From NCBI GenBank assembly GCA_965231155.1, contig OZ246418.1, positions 637,710 to 701,709 on the forward strand: a stretch of 64,000 bases of DNA. Direction: 5' to 3'. Positions 1 to 9,784 of this stretch are shown here, piece by piece. The DNA is from an uncultured Candidatus Saccharibacteria bacterium (GTDB lineage: Bacteria; Patescibacteriota; Minisyncoccia; UBA6257; 2-01-FULL-56-20). A program made the translations under genes and the position numbers. The stretch's first letter is position 1. Each line of letters starts with the position of its first letter. The notes under the pieces are model-generated. The model was not told where the DNA came from. It saw nothing but the letters and a program-made list of their open reading frames with translations, and made no database searches.

Positions 1-867
1 GCTGGACGCGAGGGACAGTTTACGACTTCGCGACAGATTCGCGAGCGATTATACCGCGAGCTGGAGTCGGATATGTCTTTGCGAGTTGATGAAACGCCGG
101 ATGCGAAATGGATTATCTCGGGACGTGGCGAGTTGCACTTAGCAATTTTTATTGAACGATTGCGTCGCGAAGGATATGAGTTCCAGGTTTCGCGTCCTCA
201 GGTGATTGAGAAGGAAGAAAATGGAAAGAAGACTGTGCCGTTTGAACGGGTCTTTATTGAAGTGCCGGAAATGTATTACGGCGCGGTAATTCAGAAGCTT
301 GGTGGTCGTCATGGCGAGCTGAAGGACATGAAGAACGAGAATGGTACGGTTTTCTTGGAGTTTGCGATCCCAACTCGTGGACTTTTTGGATATCGCGATG
401 AATTTTTAACGGACACGAAAGGTTTGGGTATTATCAATACCATGTTTGACGAATATAGGGTTGATAGCCAGGCTTGGAAAGATGCCGAAAGGGGATCGTT
501 GGTGGTGTATGAGAGTGGCACTTCTAACCTTTACGGTCTTATCAATGTGCAGGATCGAGGAGTTTTGTTTATTGGCCCTGGCGTAGAGGTCTACAAAGGA
601 CAGGTGGTTGGCCAGAACTCTCGCACGCAGGATATGCGTATTAACGTGTGCAAGACGAAAGAGCTTTCCAATATGCGTTCCAAGAACGATGGCGCGAGTG
701 ATCACTTCGATACGCCAAAAGAAAAAGGCCTTGAGGACGCGCTCGAGTATATTGGTGACGATGAACTTGTGGAGGTAACGCCGAAGAGCGTGCGTATCCG
801 AAAAATGATTTTGGACGAGGCTGAGGAGAAACGCCTCAAATCTTTGAGCGGCCAGGCGAAGAAGTAG
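1..867 (+). CDS. typA: Translational GTPase TypA/BipA, C-terminal part (5' end outside window)
   Basis: Frame open from base 1 (AGREGQFTTSRQIRERL); motifs GRGELHL, RREGYEF, PTRGLFG, DELVEVTPKSVRIRK. Confidence 0.95.
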   Translation, partial: AGREGQFTTSRQIRERLYRELESDMSLRVDETPDAKWIISGRGELHLAIFIERLRREGYEFQVSRPQVIEKEENGKKTVPFERVFIEVPEMYYGAVIQKLGGRHGELKDMKNENGTVFLEFAIPTRGLFGYRDEFLTDTKGLGIINTMFDEYRVDSQAWKDAERGSLVVYESGTSNLYGLINVQDRGVLFIGPGVEVYKGQVVGQNSRTQDMRINVCKTKELSNMRSKNDGASDHFDTPKEKGLEDALEYIGDDELVEVTPKSVRIRKMILDEAEEKRLKSLSGQAKK

Positions 868-889
868 GATTTATTAGGATTGAAATAAA

Positions 890-924
890 AAAGCCCAGCC
901 AGAAATGAATTCCGGTTGGGCTTT
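890..924. terminator. Probable bidirectional intrinsic terminator
   Basis: AAAGCCCAGCC...GGTTGGGCTTT inverted repeat between convergent typA and the 938-1249 ORF. Confidence 0.6.
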
Positions 925-937
925 GGCTTTTCAAGGC

Positions 938-1249
938 CTAAACTACCTTGAAGTTGGTGAACTTTGGGGCTAGAGGCTCGAGCTTTCCGACTGTGCCGTT
1001 GGGCAGGAAGGCCACGTGGGCGAAGCCTTCTTCCATGGCCACCGATGGGATTGGCCGCTCCATAGGGAGAATGACCGCTGCTGGTTTGAGTCTTCTACAG
1101 TCTTCAGCGTGTTCTCTGTAGTCTTTCGGGTCGCTTCGCTGCCATTCGAAGGCGGATCCTTTGGGGAAGCATCTTTGGAGTTCTGCCACTTCGAGACGCT
1201 CCAGATCCGCAGGATCTCTGCGTAGAACTAGTATCAAATAACGCGCCAT
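938..1249 (-). CDS. Hypothetical protein, 103 aa
   Basis: Fills the gap between typA and xseA; AGGAG-type SD upstream; ends at the shared terminator; no family recognised. Confidence 0.65.
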   Translation of the reverse strand: MARYLILVLRRDPADLERLEVAELQRCFPKGSAFEWQRSDPKDYREHAEDCRRLKPAAVILPMERPIPSVAMEEGFAHVAFLPNGTVGKLEPLAPKFTNFKVV

Positions 1250-1389
1250 AGCCTTGGTTCTCCTTTTGGCGTTTTAAACTCCGCATACTATCACATATAG
1301 ATAGATAGGAGTCAATTTTGTAAAAGCTCGAGATTCTTGGGTTATATTAAAAATAGGAAACTCAGAGTAGGATTAGAAGAATCAATTTT

Positions 1390-2784
1390 ATGCCACGGAA
1401 GAAAAATATTGTACAAGCGACGCTTTGGTCTTTGGGTGGCGAGCAGTCTCAACCGAAGAAAGAGCCCAAAGTGAGAAAAGAAAAAGTTCAGAAGTTGGTA
1501 CTACCCAAGATTCAGGAGCCTGAGCCGGAGTCTTTGGTGTTTTCGGTTGGCGACTATCTTTCGCATCTTTCGAGGCTGGTTGGCGCGAAAGAAGTTTTGG
1601 TGCAGGGAGAGATCTCGGGATACAAGACGCATCCGGCGGGAGCTTTTTTTTCATTAAAAGATCAGGAAGGCGATGGGCTTCTGCGGTGCTACATGCCACC
1701 CAGATATTTGCATCAGTTAGGATTTGATCTTGAGGATGGGTTATTGGTACAAGCAACCGGTGTTGCCAGTATTTACCGTCCGCGTGGCGAGCTAAGTTTT
1801 ACAGTTTCGAATATTTCTTTGGTTGGTGATGGATCGTTGCGACAGGCGTATGAGGCGTTGAAGAGAAAACTAGAAGAAGAGGGACTTTTCGTGCGTAAAC
1901 GTGAGCTACCAGAATTTATACAACGGATTGGTTTGGTGACCGCCAAGACGGGCGAGGTGATCCATGATTTTCGTCGTAATTTAAAAATGCTTGGTTTTAA
2001 AATTGATTTTATTGATGTTCGAGTGCAGGGATCTGAAGCCCCGGTACAGGTTGTTGAGGCTATCCAGACGTTTAATAGAAAACGAGAGGTGGAGATTATT
2101 GTGGTTATGCGTGGTGGAGGTAGTCTTGAGGATTTGCAGGCGTTTAATGATGAGCGGGTGGCGAGGGCGATATTTCGATCAGATATTCCAGTTTTAGCAG
2201 CTATTGGTCATGCGCGGGATATTCCGATTGCCTATATGGTTGCTGATGCGGCGGCTGATACGCCAACTGCGGCGGCCGTGACGATGAATCGTTCGTGGCA
2301 AAGATTAGAAAGTTCTCTGCCACTTTTACGGGTTGATTTGCTTAGTAATTTTCTAGTTGTTTTAGAGGAGAAGAAAAACGAAGTACGAGCCGGTCTTGAG
2401 CGTTTACTTTTTGGTATCGATCGGCTTTTGCAGATTCCGAAGGAGTTTCGTCGGAGGCTTATTCGTGAGATTCGGGCGATTGAAAAGAAGAGGTTTGAGA
2501 TTCGGGATCTGGCTCGCCGAGAGCTCGCGCGTATAGTACAATCACTAGGCATTTATATCAGGCAGGCAAGAGAAAGTGTGGGTTCTGCTCATGTCTATAT
2601 TCAGGGAGTAAGTCCGGAGCGGAATTTGCGTTTAGGGTATAGCATTGTGACGGGTGATGATGGCCGGGTAGTGAGACAGACTAAGGATGTCGTTGTCGGT
2701 TCCAGTCTGAAAACATTACTGTCTGATGGTTCGTTTGTGTCGAAGGTAGAAATTATTGATAAAACAAAAGATCACCATGAATAA
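1390..2784 (+). CDS. xseA: Exodeoxyribonuclease VII large subunit
   Basis: VQGEISG OB-fold, RGGGSLEDLQAFNDE, AIGH, TPTAAA, SPERNLRLGYS; adjacent xseB. Confidence 0.95.
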   Translation: MPRKKNIVQATLWSLGGEQSQPKKEPKVRKEKVQKLVLPKIQEPEPESLVFSVGDYLSHLSRLVGAKEVLVQGEISGYKTHPAGAFFSLKDQEGDGLLRCYMPPRYLHQLGFDLEDGLLVQATGVASIYRPRGELSFTVSNISLVGDGSLRQAYEALKRKLEEEGLFVRKRELPEFIQRIGLVTAKTGEVIHDFRRNLKMLGFKIDFIDVRVQGSEAPVQVVEAIQTFNRKREVEIIVVMRGGGSLEDLQAFNDERVARAIFRSDIPVLAAIGHARDIPIAYMVADAAADTPTAAAVTMNRSWQRLESSLPLLRVDLLSNFLVVLEEKKNEVRAGLERLLFGIDRLLQIPKEFRRRLIREIRAIEKKRFEIRDLARRELARIVQSLGIYIRQARESVGSAHVYIQGVSPERNLRLGYSIVTGDDGRVVRQTKDVVVGSSLKTLLSDGSFVSKVEIIDKTKDHHE

Positions 2785-2995
2785 AGATAAAAAAGATAGC
2801 GTGAGCGAATCACTTTCTAAACTGGAGCAGATTACTCGTTGGTTTGATGCTCAGAAGGAAATTGATGTGGAGGATGGAATGCGTAAGGTGAAGGAGGGAG
2901 CAGTGCTGGTCAAAGAGTTGGAAAAAAGACTGGCTGAAATTGAGAATGAGTTTCGAGAAGTCAAAAAAGATTTAGGAGTTGAGGAGGAGTCTTAG
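2777..2995 (+). CDS. xseB: Exodeoxyribonuclease VII small subunit
   Basis: Short helical protein (SLSKLEQI...VKEGAVLVKELEKRL) overlapping the xseA stop; ATG at 2777 preferred. Confidence 0.88.
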   Translation: MNKDKKDSVSESLSKLEQITRWFDAQKEIDVEDGMRKVKEGAVLVKELEKRLAEIENEFREVKKDLGVEEES

Positions 2996-3004
2996 AGACT
3001 TATT

Positions 3005-3652
3005 ATGCAGGGCTTACTGGATAGAGTAATAGAGGCGATTACTCAGTATGGTGCCTGGGGTGTTTTTGTAATCGCTTTTTTAGAAGAGGTTATTGCGCCC
3101 ATTCCATCAACGCTCACCATTATGGCGGCTGGGTTTGTGTTGCTTAGCCCATATTCGACTTTTTGGGAGGCCCTTTTTCCAGCCATTCTCTATATTGCGA
3201 TTCCAACTTCTTTGGGAATGGTTTTAGGTGGATTAATTATTTATGCCCTAGGTTATTATGGAGGCAAAGCGATTATTGATCGGTGGGGGAAGTGGTTTGG
3301 ACTTTCCTGGAGTTCGGTAGAAAAAATGCAAAAGTATTTTGAGCGAGGGCATGGTGACGAAATGGTACTTGTTGGGCTGAGGGTTATTCCGATATTCCCT
3401 AACTCGCTTATATCCGGTGTGTGTGGAGTTCTAAGATATCCTTTAAAACCTTTTATTATCCTTAGTTTTCTGGGAGGTATTCCGCGGGCTTTGTTAATGG
3501 CCATGTTGGGTTGGTGGGCGGAAAATACATACAGAGTTTACGGCGAGGCGTTGTCTGGAGTGGAGAGTTGGGTGGTTGGTTTTGGTGGGTTAATCGGGGT
3601 GATTTTACTTATCTCTTTGATAGTCAAGAAGAAGAAAAATGAGAATTCCTAG
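3005..3652 (+). CDS. DedA/VTT family membrane protein
   Basis: FLEEVIAPIPS, GYYGG, LRVIPIFP motifs; several TM segments. Confidence 0.88.
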   Translation: MQGLLDRVIEAITQYGAWGVFVIAFLEEVIAPIPSTLTIMAAGFVLLSPYSTFWEALFPAILYIAIPTSLGMVLGGLIIYALGYYGGKAIIDRWGKWFGLSWSSVEKMQKYFERGHGDEMVLVGLRVIPIFPNSLISGVCGVLRYPLKPFIILSFLGGIPRALLMAMLGWWAENTYRVYGEALSGVESWVVGFGGLIGVILLISLIVKKKKNENS

Positions 3653-4226
3653 TTCGATTATTACAACTCTTCGGAATGGTGGGGTGGGGGTAATGCCAAC
3701 TGATACAGTCTATGGCTTGGTTGGGATTGCTCGTAGCCCTGAAGCTGTGGAAAGAATCTTCAAGGTGAGGAAAAGAAATATTCATAAACCTTTTATTATT
3801 CTTATTTCGCACATTGACGAAATTGAGCTTTTTGGTGTTCATCTTAATGTTGAGGACAAAAAAATTCTCGGGCGAATTTGGCCAGGCCCAGTGAGTGTTG
3901 TCTTGCCGTGTGGAGATAAAAAGTTTCGTTACTTGCATCGTGGAAAAAAGTCTTTAGCGTTCCGTTTAGGAAAAGTTTCTTGGTTGCATAGTTTGATTAA
4001 AAAAACTGGCCCATTGGTTGCTCCTAGTGCTAATCCGTCCGGTCTCCCAACGGCGAGTTCTATTGCTATGGCAAAAAAATATTTTAAAAAGGATATCGAT
4101 TTTTATGTTGCTGGAAAGGTTTTATCCGGTTTACCATCGACCGTCATTCGTTTGAAGAATGGGAAAGTGATAGTGGAGAGAGAAGGGGTTATTTCTAAGA
4201 CAGATATCAGAAAGATGGTGTCATAA
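3639..4226 (+). CDS. tsaC: L-threonylcarbamoyladenylate synthase (TsaC/Sua5/YrdC)
   Basis: PTDTVYGL, KxR...KP, WPGP, PSANPSG, PSTVI motifs. Confidence 0.93.
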   Translation: MRIPSSIITTLRNGGVGVMPTDTVYGLVGIARSPEAVERIFKVRKRNIHKPFIILISHIDEIELFGVHLNVEDKKILGRIWPGPVSVVLPCGDKKFRYLHRGKKSLAFRLGKVSWLHSLIKKTGPLVAPSANPSGLPTASSIAMAKKYFKKDIDFYVAGKVLSGLPSTVIRLKNGKVIVEREGVISKTDIRKMVS

Positions 4227-4243
4227 GTTCTCCACAGCTATCT

Positions 4244-4271
4244 TTGACAATTCATCTGAGGCGGTTAGACT
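4244..4271 (+). promoter_or_regulatory. Sigma70-type promoter, leaderless transcript predicted
   Basis: TTGACA (4244-4249), 16 nt, TAGACT (4266-4271), then 6 nt to ATG 4278. Confidence 0.6.
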
Positions 4272-4277
4272 GAAAAC

Positions 4278-5222
4278 ATGCGTAAAACATTATTATCGTT
4301 AGTATTAGTATCGTCAGTTGTGTCGCCAGTAGCGTATGCCCAAGATCCAGGAATGAGGACGCCACCACCGCCACGAGAAGTAGTTCGTGAACAGATTCAG
4401 AATACGAGGAAGGAGGGGCGTTCGGATATTCGAGAGATGCGAGCCAGTACCACAGAGCAGATGCGTCAAGCGCGAACAAATATGGTTTCTACAACCAGGG
4501 ATGTTCGGGATGGAGCACGTGATAGCATTCAGGATCTGAGGGAGGATGCTCGAGAGAGATTAAACAATGCAAGTGGTTCTGATCGTGAGGCTATTATGAA
4601 GCAGCTTCGAATGGAGTCTGAGGAGATTCGAGAGAAGGCTCGAGAAGAGGTGAAGAATGCCCGAGAGAAGTTTTTGAGTTCAATGGAGGAGAAGAGAGAG
4701 GCGCTTAAAACAAAAATTGAAGCTAGTCGTGAAGCTTTGAAGAAAAAGATTGAAGGCTTTAAGGATGAACGGAAGAAGGAGGTTGCCTCGAATGTAGGTG
4801 AGAATCTCAATAAAGTGAATGAGTCGGCTACGAATCAGTTGGGTAAGGCCTTGGATCAGTTGAGTGATGTTTTGGGAAGAGTATCTTCTCGGGCAGACAA
4901 AGCTTCTGATCGTGGTCTCGATGTTTCCGCAGTTCGAACAGAGATAGGGAATGCCAGTAGTGCTATTGGAGTGGCTCGAACTGCTGTTCTGGCACAGGTG
5001 GCAAAAACTTATTCGGTAACAATTACGACCGAGGAGAAACTCAAGAGCGACCTCGAAGCCGCTCGTAAGTCACTCCGAGGAGATATCGAGAAAGTACGGG
5101 AGCTGGTGAAGACCGCTCGCGAATCAGTGAGAAAAGCCGCTACCACACTTGCTCAGATTCCTCGTGTAGATGACGATTCGTCCGTGCCAGCTACTACTAC
5201 AGCAACTTCGTCAACCCAGTAG
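4278..5222 (+). CDS. Exported all-helical/coiled-coil protein of unknown function
   Basis: Signal peptide ending AYA-Q; long R/E/K-rich helical body; Thr/Ser tail. Confidence 0.8.
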   Translation: MRKTLLSLVLVSSVVSPVAYAQDPGMRTPPPPREVVREQIQNTRKEGRSDIREMRASTTEQMRQARTNMVSTTRDVRDGARDSIQDLREDARERLNNASGSDREAIMKQLRMESEEIREKAREEVKNAREKFLSSMEEKREALKTKIEASREALKKKIEGFKDERKKEVASNVGENLNKVNESATNQLGKALDQLSDVLGRVSSRADKASDRGLDVSAVRTEIGNASSAIGVARTAVLAQVAKTYSVTITTEEKLKSDLEAARKSLRGDIEKVRELVKTARESVRKAATTLAQIPRVDDDSSVPATTTATSSTQ

Positions 5223-5251
5223 AATATTCCCCTAAAAATACTTACCATACT

Positions 5252-5506
5252 ATGGAAAATAACAAAGGCAGTCTCATTACTATCGTTATCATCATCGTTG
5301 TAGTCTTGCTTGGAGTAGCGTTATGGTGGTCGCAGAATAGCAGTGTGCCAACCACACCTACGGAATCGAACACTTCTTCGACGACAATGATCCAGCAACA
5401 AGCCGCAGATCTCACCGCGACGATTCAGGCGGATCTCGATAGTATCGATACCGGTAGCACAACCCAGGACCTGGAGGTCATTGATTCAAATATCAATTCT
5501 CTGTAG
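5252..5506 (+). CDS. Small single-pass membrane protein with Ser/Thr-rich ectodomain
   Basis: N-terminal TM after NKG-S (pilin-like start possible); followed by a terminator. Confidence 0.75.
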   Translation: MENNKGSLITIVIIIVVVLLGVALWWSQNSSVPTTPTESNTSSTTMIQQQAADLTATIQADLDSIDTGSTTQDLEVIDSNINSL

Positions 5507-5528
5507 TTTTCGGGAATACTTTAAGAAT

Positions 5529-5561
5529 TGAAAAGCCTAGCAGATAATGCTAGGCTTTTCA
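5529..5561. terminator. Intrinsic terminator hairpin
   Basis: TGAAAAGCCTAGCA-gataa-TGCTAGGCTTTTCA perfect inverted repeat. Confidence 0.75.
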
Positions 5562-5582
5562 TATTGTTTTTTAATTTTCTAT

Positions 5583-6986
5583 ATGCCACACACAAAAAAA
5601 ATAAAAATAGTTGCCACTCTTGGACCGGCTAGTGATAACGAGGAGATGATTGAGAAGTTGGTACGTGCGGGAGTTAATATCTTCCGTCTGAACTTTTCTC
5701 ATAGTGAATGGGACTATTTCAGTACGGTTATTGATCGAATTCGTAGGGTAGAGAAGCGGGTTGGTTTCCCTTTGGGGATTATCGGAGATGTTCCGGGGCC
5801 AAAGATTCGTATTGGTAGTGTTGGCGAAGGGGTGGAGTTACGTCCTGGAAATCGAATTCGAATTACCGGACAGTCAATGATCGGTTCTCGAGAAATTATT
5901 TCAGTTAATTTTCCGGCAATCTTAAAACATATCAAGAAAGGTACAGAGATTTATCTTTCCGATGGTATGATCAAGATGGAGGCTGAGAAGATTGATAGCG
6001 AGGGAGTAATTGCCAAGGTGACGGGAGGAGGACTTCTTCGCTCTCGAATGGGTTTTTCAGCCCAAGGGATGGCTCTTGATGCGTTTGCATTGACGGCTCG
6101 AGATCGACTTTTCATTAAAAAATTAGTTTCAGCTGGTTTGGATATGGTTGCGATTTCATTTGTACAGACAGATAAAGATGTCTTGAGAGTTTCCCGACTT
6201 CTTCCGAAAAAGAATCGTCCGATGTTGGTGGTGAAGATTGAGACAGCAAAAGCAGTTGAGAATATTGAATCCATCTTGGCAGTGTCCGATGGGTTGATGA
6301 TTGCACGTGGCGACTTAGGTTTTTCGATTCCTTATCCAGAACTTCCGCACGTACAGAAAAAACTTATTGATTTGTGTCTGAAGAATGCCAAGCCAGTAAT
6401 TACCGCGACTCAGATGCTTGAGTCTATGATTCATAATCATTTTCCGACTCGTGCTGAAGTGAGTGACGTAGCGAATGCTATTTTGGATGGGACCGACGCT
6501 GTTATGCTCTCGGCCGAGACGGCTATTGGTGATTTTCCTGAGGAAACGGTTAAAACTATGACGCGGATTATCCAGGGTGCGGTTCCTCGAGTAATCGAAC
6601 GAGAATTTTCTGATAAGAAGACGACTGCTGACGCAGTGGCAGCTTCGGCAGTGAAAATTGCTCATCAGCTTGATGCCCGATTAATTGTGGTTTTCACCCA
6701 TAGTGGTGCTACGGCTCGTCGAATTGCTCGTCATCGTACTACCCAGCCGATTATTGCTCTATCTTCTGAAGAAAGAACAGTTCGAGAATTAATACTGAGT
6801 GGTAATGTGACTGCTCTGAAGGCGCATGTGAGTAAAGATGTTGCCCAGCTTATTATTCAGGCCAGAGAAGTAGCTCGAAATAATCCTATCGTCCGACTGA
6901 AGAAGGGGGAATCTTTCGTGATTAGTGCGGGTTTGCCGTTTGGTCAGAGTGGAGGAACAAATTTGGTTTTAATTGAGAAGGCTTAA
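5583..6986 (+). CDS. pyk: Pyruvate kinase
   Basis: KIVATLGPAS, FRLNFSH, GPKIR, KIET, MIARGDLG, ATQMLESM, PTRAEVSDVANA; ATG 5583 preferred because 5547 lies inside the terminator. Confidence 0.97.
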   Translation: MPHTKKIKIVATLGPASDNEEMIEKLVRAGVNIFRLNFSHSEWDYFSTVIDRIRRVEKRVGFPLGIIGDVPGPKIRIGSVGEGVELRPGNRIRITGQSMIGSREIISVNFPAILKHIKKGTEIYLSDGMIKMEAEKIDSEGVIAKVTGGGLLRSRMGFSAQGMALDAFALTARDRLFIKKLVSAGLDMVAISFVQTDKDVLRVSRLLPKKNRPMLVVKIETAKAVENIESILAVSDGLMIARGDLGFSIPYPELPHVQKKLIDLCLKNAKPVITATQMLESMIHNHFPTRAEVSDVANAILDGTDAVMLSAETAIGDFPEETVKTMTRIIQGAVPRVIEREFSDKKTTADAVAASAVKIAHQLDARLIVVFTHSGATARRIARHRTTQPIIALSSEERTVRELILSGNVTALKAHVSKDVAQLIIQAREVARNNPIVRLKKGESFVISAGLPFGQSGGTNLVLIEKA

Positions 6987-7003
6987 GAGACGCGAAGAAT
7001 CTT

Positions 7004-8194
7004 GTGTTTAAAATAGTTAAAGAATCGAATACATCAAATGCTCGTTTGGGTGTGATCGAGACACCTCATGGCATCGTGGAGACGCCTGCCTATGTCATCG
7101 TCGGTACTCATGCCGAGGTGCGGTGTCTGACGCCGGTTGATCTGGAGGCTTCTGAAACGCAGTTGATTATTGCAAATACTTATCACCTTTGGCGGGAGCT
7201 GGGGGATGAAGGATTAGCGAGCTATCCGGGACTTCATGCGGATATGCAGTGGCCTCATCCGATTATGACCGATTCCGGCGGGTTTCAGGTTTTTAGTTTG
7301 GGCGTTGCGCGAGAGGATGGCATGGGCAAGGTGAAAAAAGAGAGTGGTGATGTGATCGAGCCAGGAGAGAATTTAGTGCGGGTGACTGAGTCGGGAGTGT
7401 ATTTTATGGAGGATGGCGAGGAACAGTATCTTGATGCTGAGCTTTCGGTACGTATTCAGGAGCAACTCGGTGCGGATATTATCGTGGCTTTTGATGAACC
7501 GACTTCGCCAAATCATAGTTATGAATATACGAAGGAGTCTTTGCGACGAACGCACAAGTGGGCGGAGCGTTCGCTTGAGGCGCGGGTGACTAAGCAAATT
7601 ATGTATGGTGTGGTTCAGGGTGGTGCTTTTCCTGATTTACGAAAAGAAAGTGCTGAGTTTATTGGGCGTTTGCCTTTTGAAGGATTTGCGATTGGCGGAG
7701 CTTTTGGTGATTCATTTGGCAGTAAAAAAGATCAGATGATCACTGAGCTCGAAGCTTCGATTCCATTTTTGCCAAAAGATCGTCCGCGGCATCTTTTGGG
7801 TATTGGAAGAATTGAGGATTTATTTGTTGGGGTTGAGGCAGGGATCGATACATTCGACTGTGTGATTCCTACGCGTGAGGCTCGGCATGGTTCAGTCTGG
7901 ACCCGAGCTGGTCGGTTCGATCTCAAGAAATCAATATACGAAAATGATGACTCGCCAATTGATGAATTGTGTACGTGTCCCGTGTGTACTATTCATCAGA
8001 TCGATCGTCGTTCTTTGCGAAAGTTATTCAAAGATAAAGATCCTTTAGCTGGCCAGATGGCTACATTGCATAATGTGTATTTCTTTAATAATTTGATGTC
8101 CGAGATGCGCGCCGCAATAAAAAATGATGCCTGGGCTGAGCTTAAGAATCAGTATCTTTCTAAGAAGGATGGAGATCAGAGTCTCTCCGGCTAA
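7004..8194 (+). CDS. tgt: tRNA-guanine transglycosylase
   Basis: ANTYHL, TDSGGFQVFSL, VQGG, DTFDCVIPTR, Zn site CTCPVC...HN. Confidence 0.95.
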   Translation: MFKIVKESNTSNARLGVIETPHGIVETPAYVIVGTHAEVRCLTPVDLEASETQLIIANTYHLWRELGDEGLASYPGLHADMQWPHPIMTDSGGFQVFSLGVAREDGMGKVKKESGDVIEPGENLVRVTESGVYFMEDGEEQYLDAELSVRIQEQLGADIIVAFDEPTSPNHSYEYTKESLRRTHKWAERSLEARVTKQIMYGVVQGGAFPDLRKESAEFIGRLPFEGFAIGGAFGDSFGSKKDQMITELEASIPFLPKDRPRHLLGIGRIEDLFVGVEAGIDTFDCVIPTREARHGSVWTRAGRFDLKKSIYENDDSPIDELCTCPVCTIHQIDRRSLRKLFKDKDPLAGQMATLHNVYFFNNLMSEMRAAIKNDAWAELKNQYLSKKDGDQSLSG

Positions 8195-8999
8195 GGTTCG
8201 GCAGTTTCAACAGAAGATATGGGGATATTATGAAGCGCATGGTCGTGATATGCCGTGGCGCAACACGAGGAATCCTTATCGGATTTTTGTTTCTGAGATA
8301 ATGCTCCAACAGACACAGGTGGAGCGAGTGAAAGAAAAATATTTACTTTTCTTAAAATCATTTCCTAGTTTTGAAGTGTTAGCGGAAGCTTCGCTTCCTG
8401 AAGTACTTCGTGTCTGGCAGGGGTTGGGCTATAACCGGCGCGCTGCTTATCTCTTGCGATCAGCTCAGATTATAGTCAATGAGCATGACGCAAAGCTTCC
8501 ACGGGAAGAGGAGATGCTAATAACCCTGCCTGGTATTGGTCGAGGAACAGCCGGTTCAGTGTTGGCTTTCGCTTTTAATCTCCCGACAGTTTTTATCGAA
8601 ACGAATATTCGTCGAGTATTTATTCATGAGTTTTTTAAAGATCAGAAAAATATTACCGACGAAGATATTAGAGAGTTAGTGCGGAGAACCTTAGTTAAGG
8701 ATAATCCTCGAGAGTGGTATTACGCTCTTATGGACTATGGGTCTTTTCTCGCCAAAGAACTTGAGGGGAATCCTAATCGTGTGAGTCTGACATATCGGAA
8801 GCAAGCGACTTTCAAGGGATCGAGAAGGGAGGTTCGTGGAATCATTATTCGATTACTTTTAAAACGTGATATGTCCGTTCGGGATCTCATTCAACAGACC
8901 GAAAAAGATTCAGATCTCGTGTTTCAGGCACTTCGGGATTTAGAAAAAGAGAGAATTGTTCAGCAGAAAGGGGAGCTGTATGTATTGTCGGGAGAGTAG
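8169..8999 (+). CDS. mutY: HhH-GPD DNA glycosylase, MutY-like, without Fe-S cysteines
   Basis: RDMPWR, PYRIFVSEIMLQQTQV, WQGLGYNRRA, LPGIGRGTA. Confidence 0.85.
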   Translation: MEIRVSPAKVRQFQQKIWGYYEAHGRDMPWRNTRNPYRIFVSEIMLQQTQVERVKEKYLLFLKSFPSFEVLAEASLPEVLRVWQGLGYNRRAAYLLRSAQIIVNEHDAKLPREEEMLITLPGIGRGTAGSVLAFAFNLPTVFIETNIRRVFIHEFFKDQKNITDEDIRELVRRTLVKDNPREWYYALMDYGSFLAKELEGNPNRVSLTYRKQATFKGSRREVRGIIIRLLLKRDMSVRDLIQQTEKDSDLVFQALRDLEKERIVQQKGELYVLSGE

Positions 9000-9032
9000 A
9001 AAATATGTGGAATATGTAGTACAAAAGAAGGT

Positions 9033-9782
9033 ATGACTAAGACTTCCTGGGAGAGAGTGGCGCCTTGGTATGATGAACTGCTTAAAGGGGATGACACCTA
9101 CCAGCTCAAGGTGATTTTGCCACAGCTTGAACGCTTGATGGAGATTAAGCGAGGCGAGGCTATTTTAGACCTGGCGTGTGGGCAGGGTTTTTTCTCAAAT
9201 CATTTCGAGAGGGCTGGTGGTGAGGTGATTGGCGTCGATGCTTCTCGACAGCTTATTGCTCGAGCCAAGGAGGCTTTTCGTCGAGTGAAATTTTATGTCG
9301 GTCAGGCTGACAAACTTTCTTTTATAAAAAATAAAACTGTCGATAAGGTAGCTATTATTTTAGCCATCCAGAACATTCAGGAAGTTGGTTCAGTTTTGAA
9401 GGAGTGCGCTCGTGTGATGAAGCCGGGAGGACGTTTGTTTATCGTGATGAATCATCCGAGCTTCCGTATTCCGAAGGCGAGCGGTTGGGGGTGGGATGAG
9501 GAGTATAAAACGCAGTATCGAAGAATCGATCAGTATCTGAGCGAGTCTAAGGCGAAGATCCAGATGCATCCTGGAGATGATCCGGATAGCCATACACTTT
9601 CTTTTCATCGTCCGTTACAGTTTTATTTTAAAACTTTGAAAAATAATGGTTTTTTAGTACGAAATATGGAGGAGTGGGAGTCGCATAAAAAGAGTCAGCC
9701 GGGGCCGAGGGCTAAGGCAGAAGATAAGGCACGCAAGGAGATTCCTCTTTTCCTTTTCCTTGAAGCGGTTAAATCAGAATAA
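9033..9782 (+). CDS. Class I SAM-dependent methyltransferase
   Basis: ILDLACGQG motif I, GVDAS, RVMKPGG. Confidence 0.9.
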   Translation: MTKTSWERVAPWYDELLKGDDTYQLKVILPQLERLMEIKRGEAILDLACGQGFFSNHFERAGGEVIGVDASRQLIARAKEAFRRVKFYVGQADKLSFIKNKTVDKVAIILAIQNIQEVGSVLKECARVMKPGGRLFIVMNHPSFRIPKASGWGWDEEYKTQYRRIDQYLSESKAKIQMHPGDDPDSHTLSFHRPLQFYFKTLKNNGFLVRNMEEWESHKKSQPGPRAKAEDKARKEIPLFLFLEAVKSE

Positions 9783-9784
9783 AT

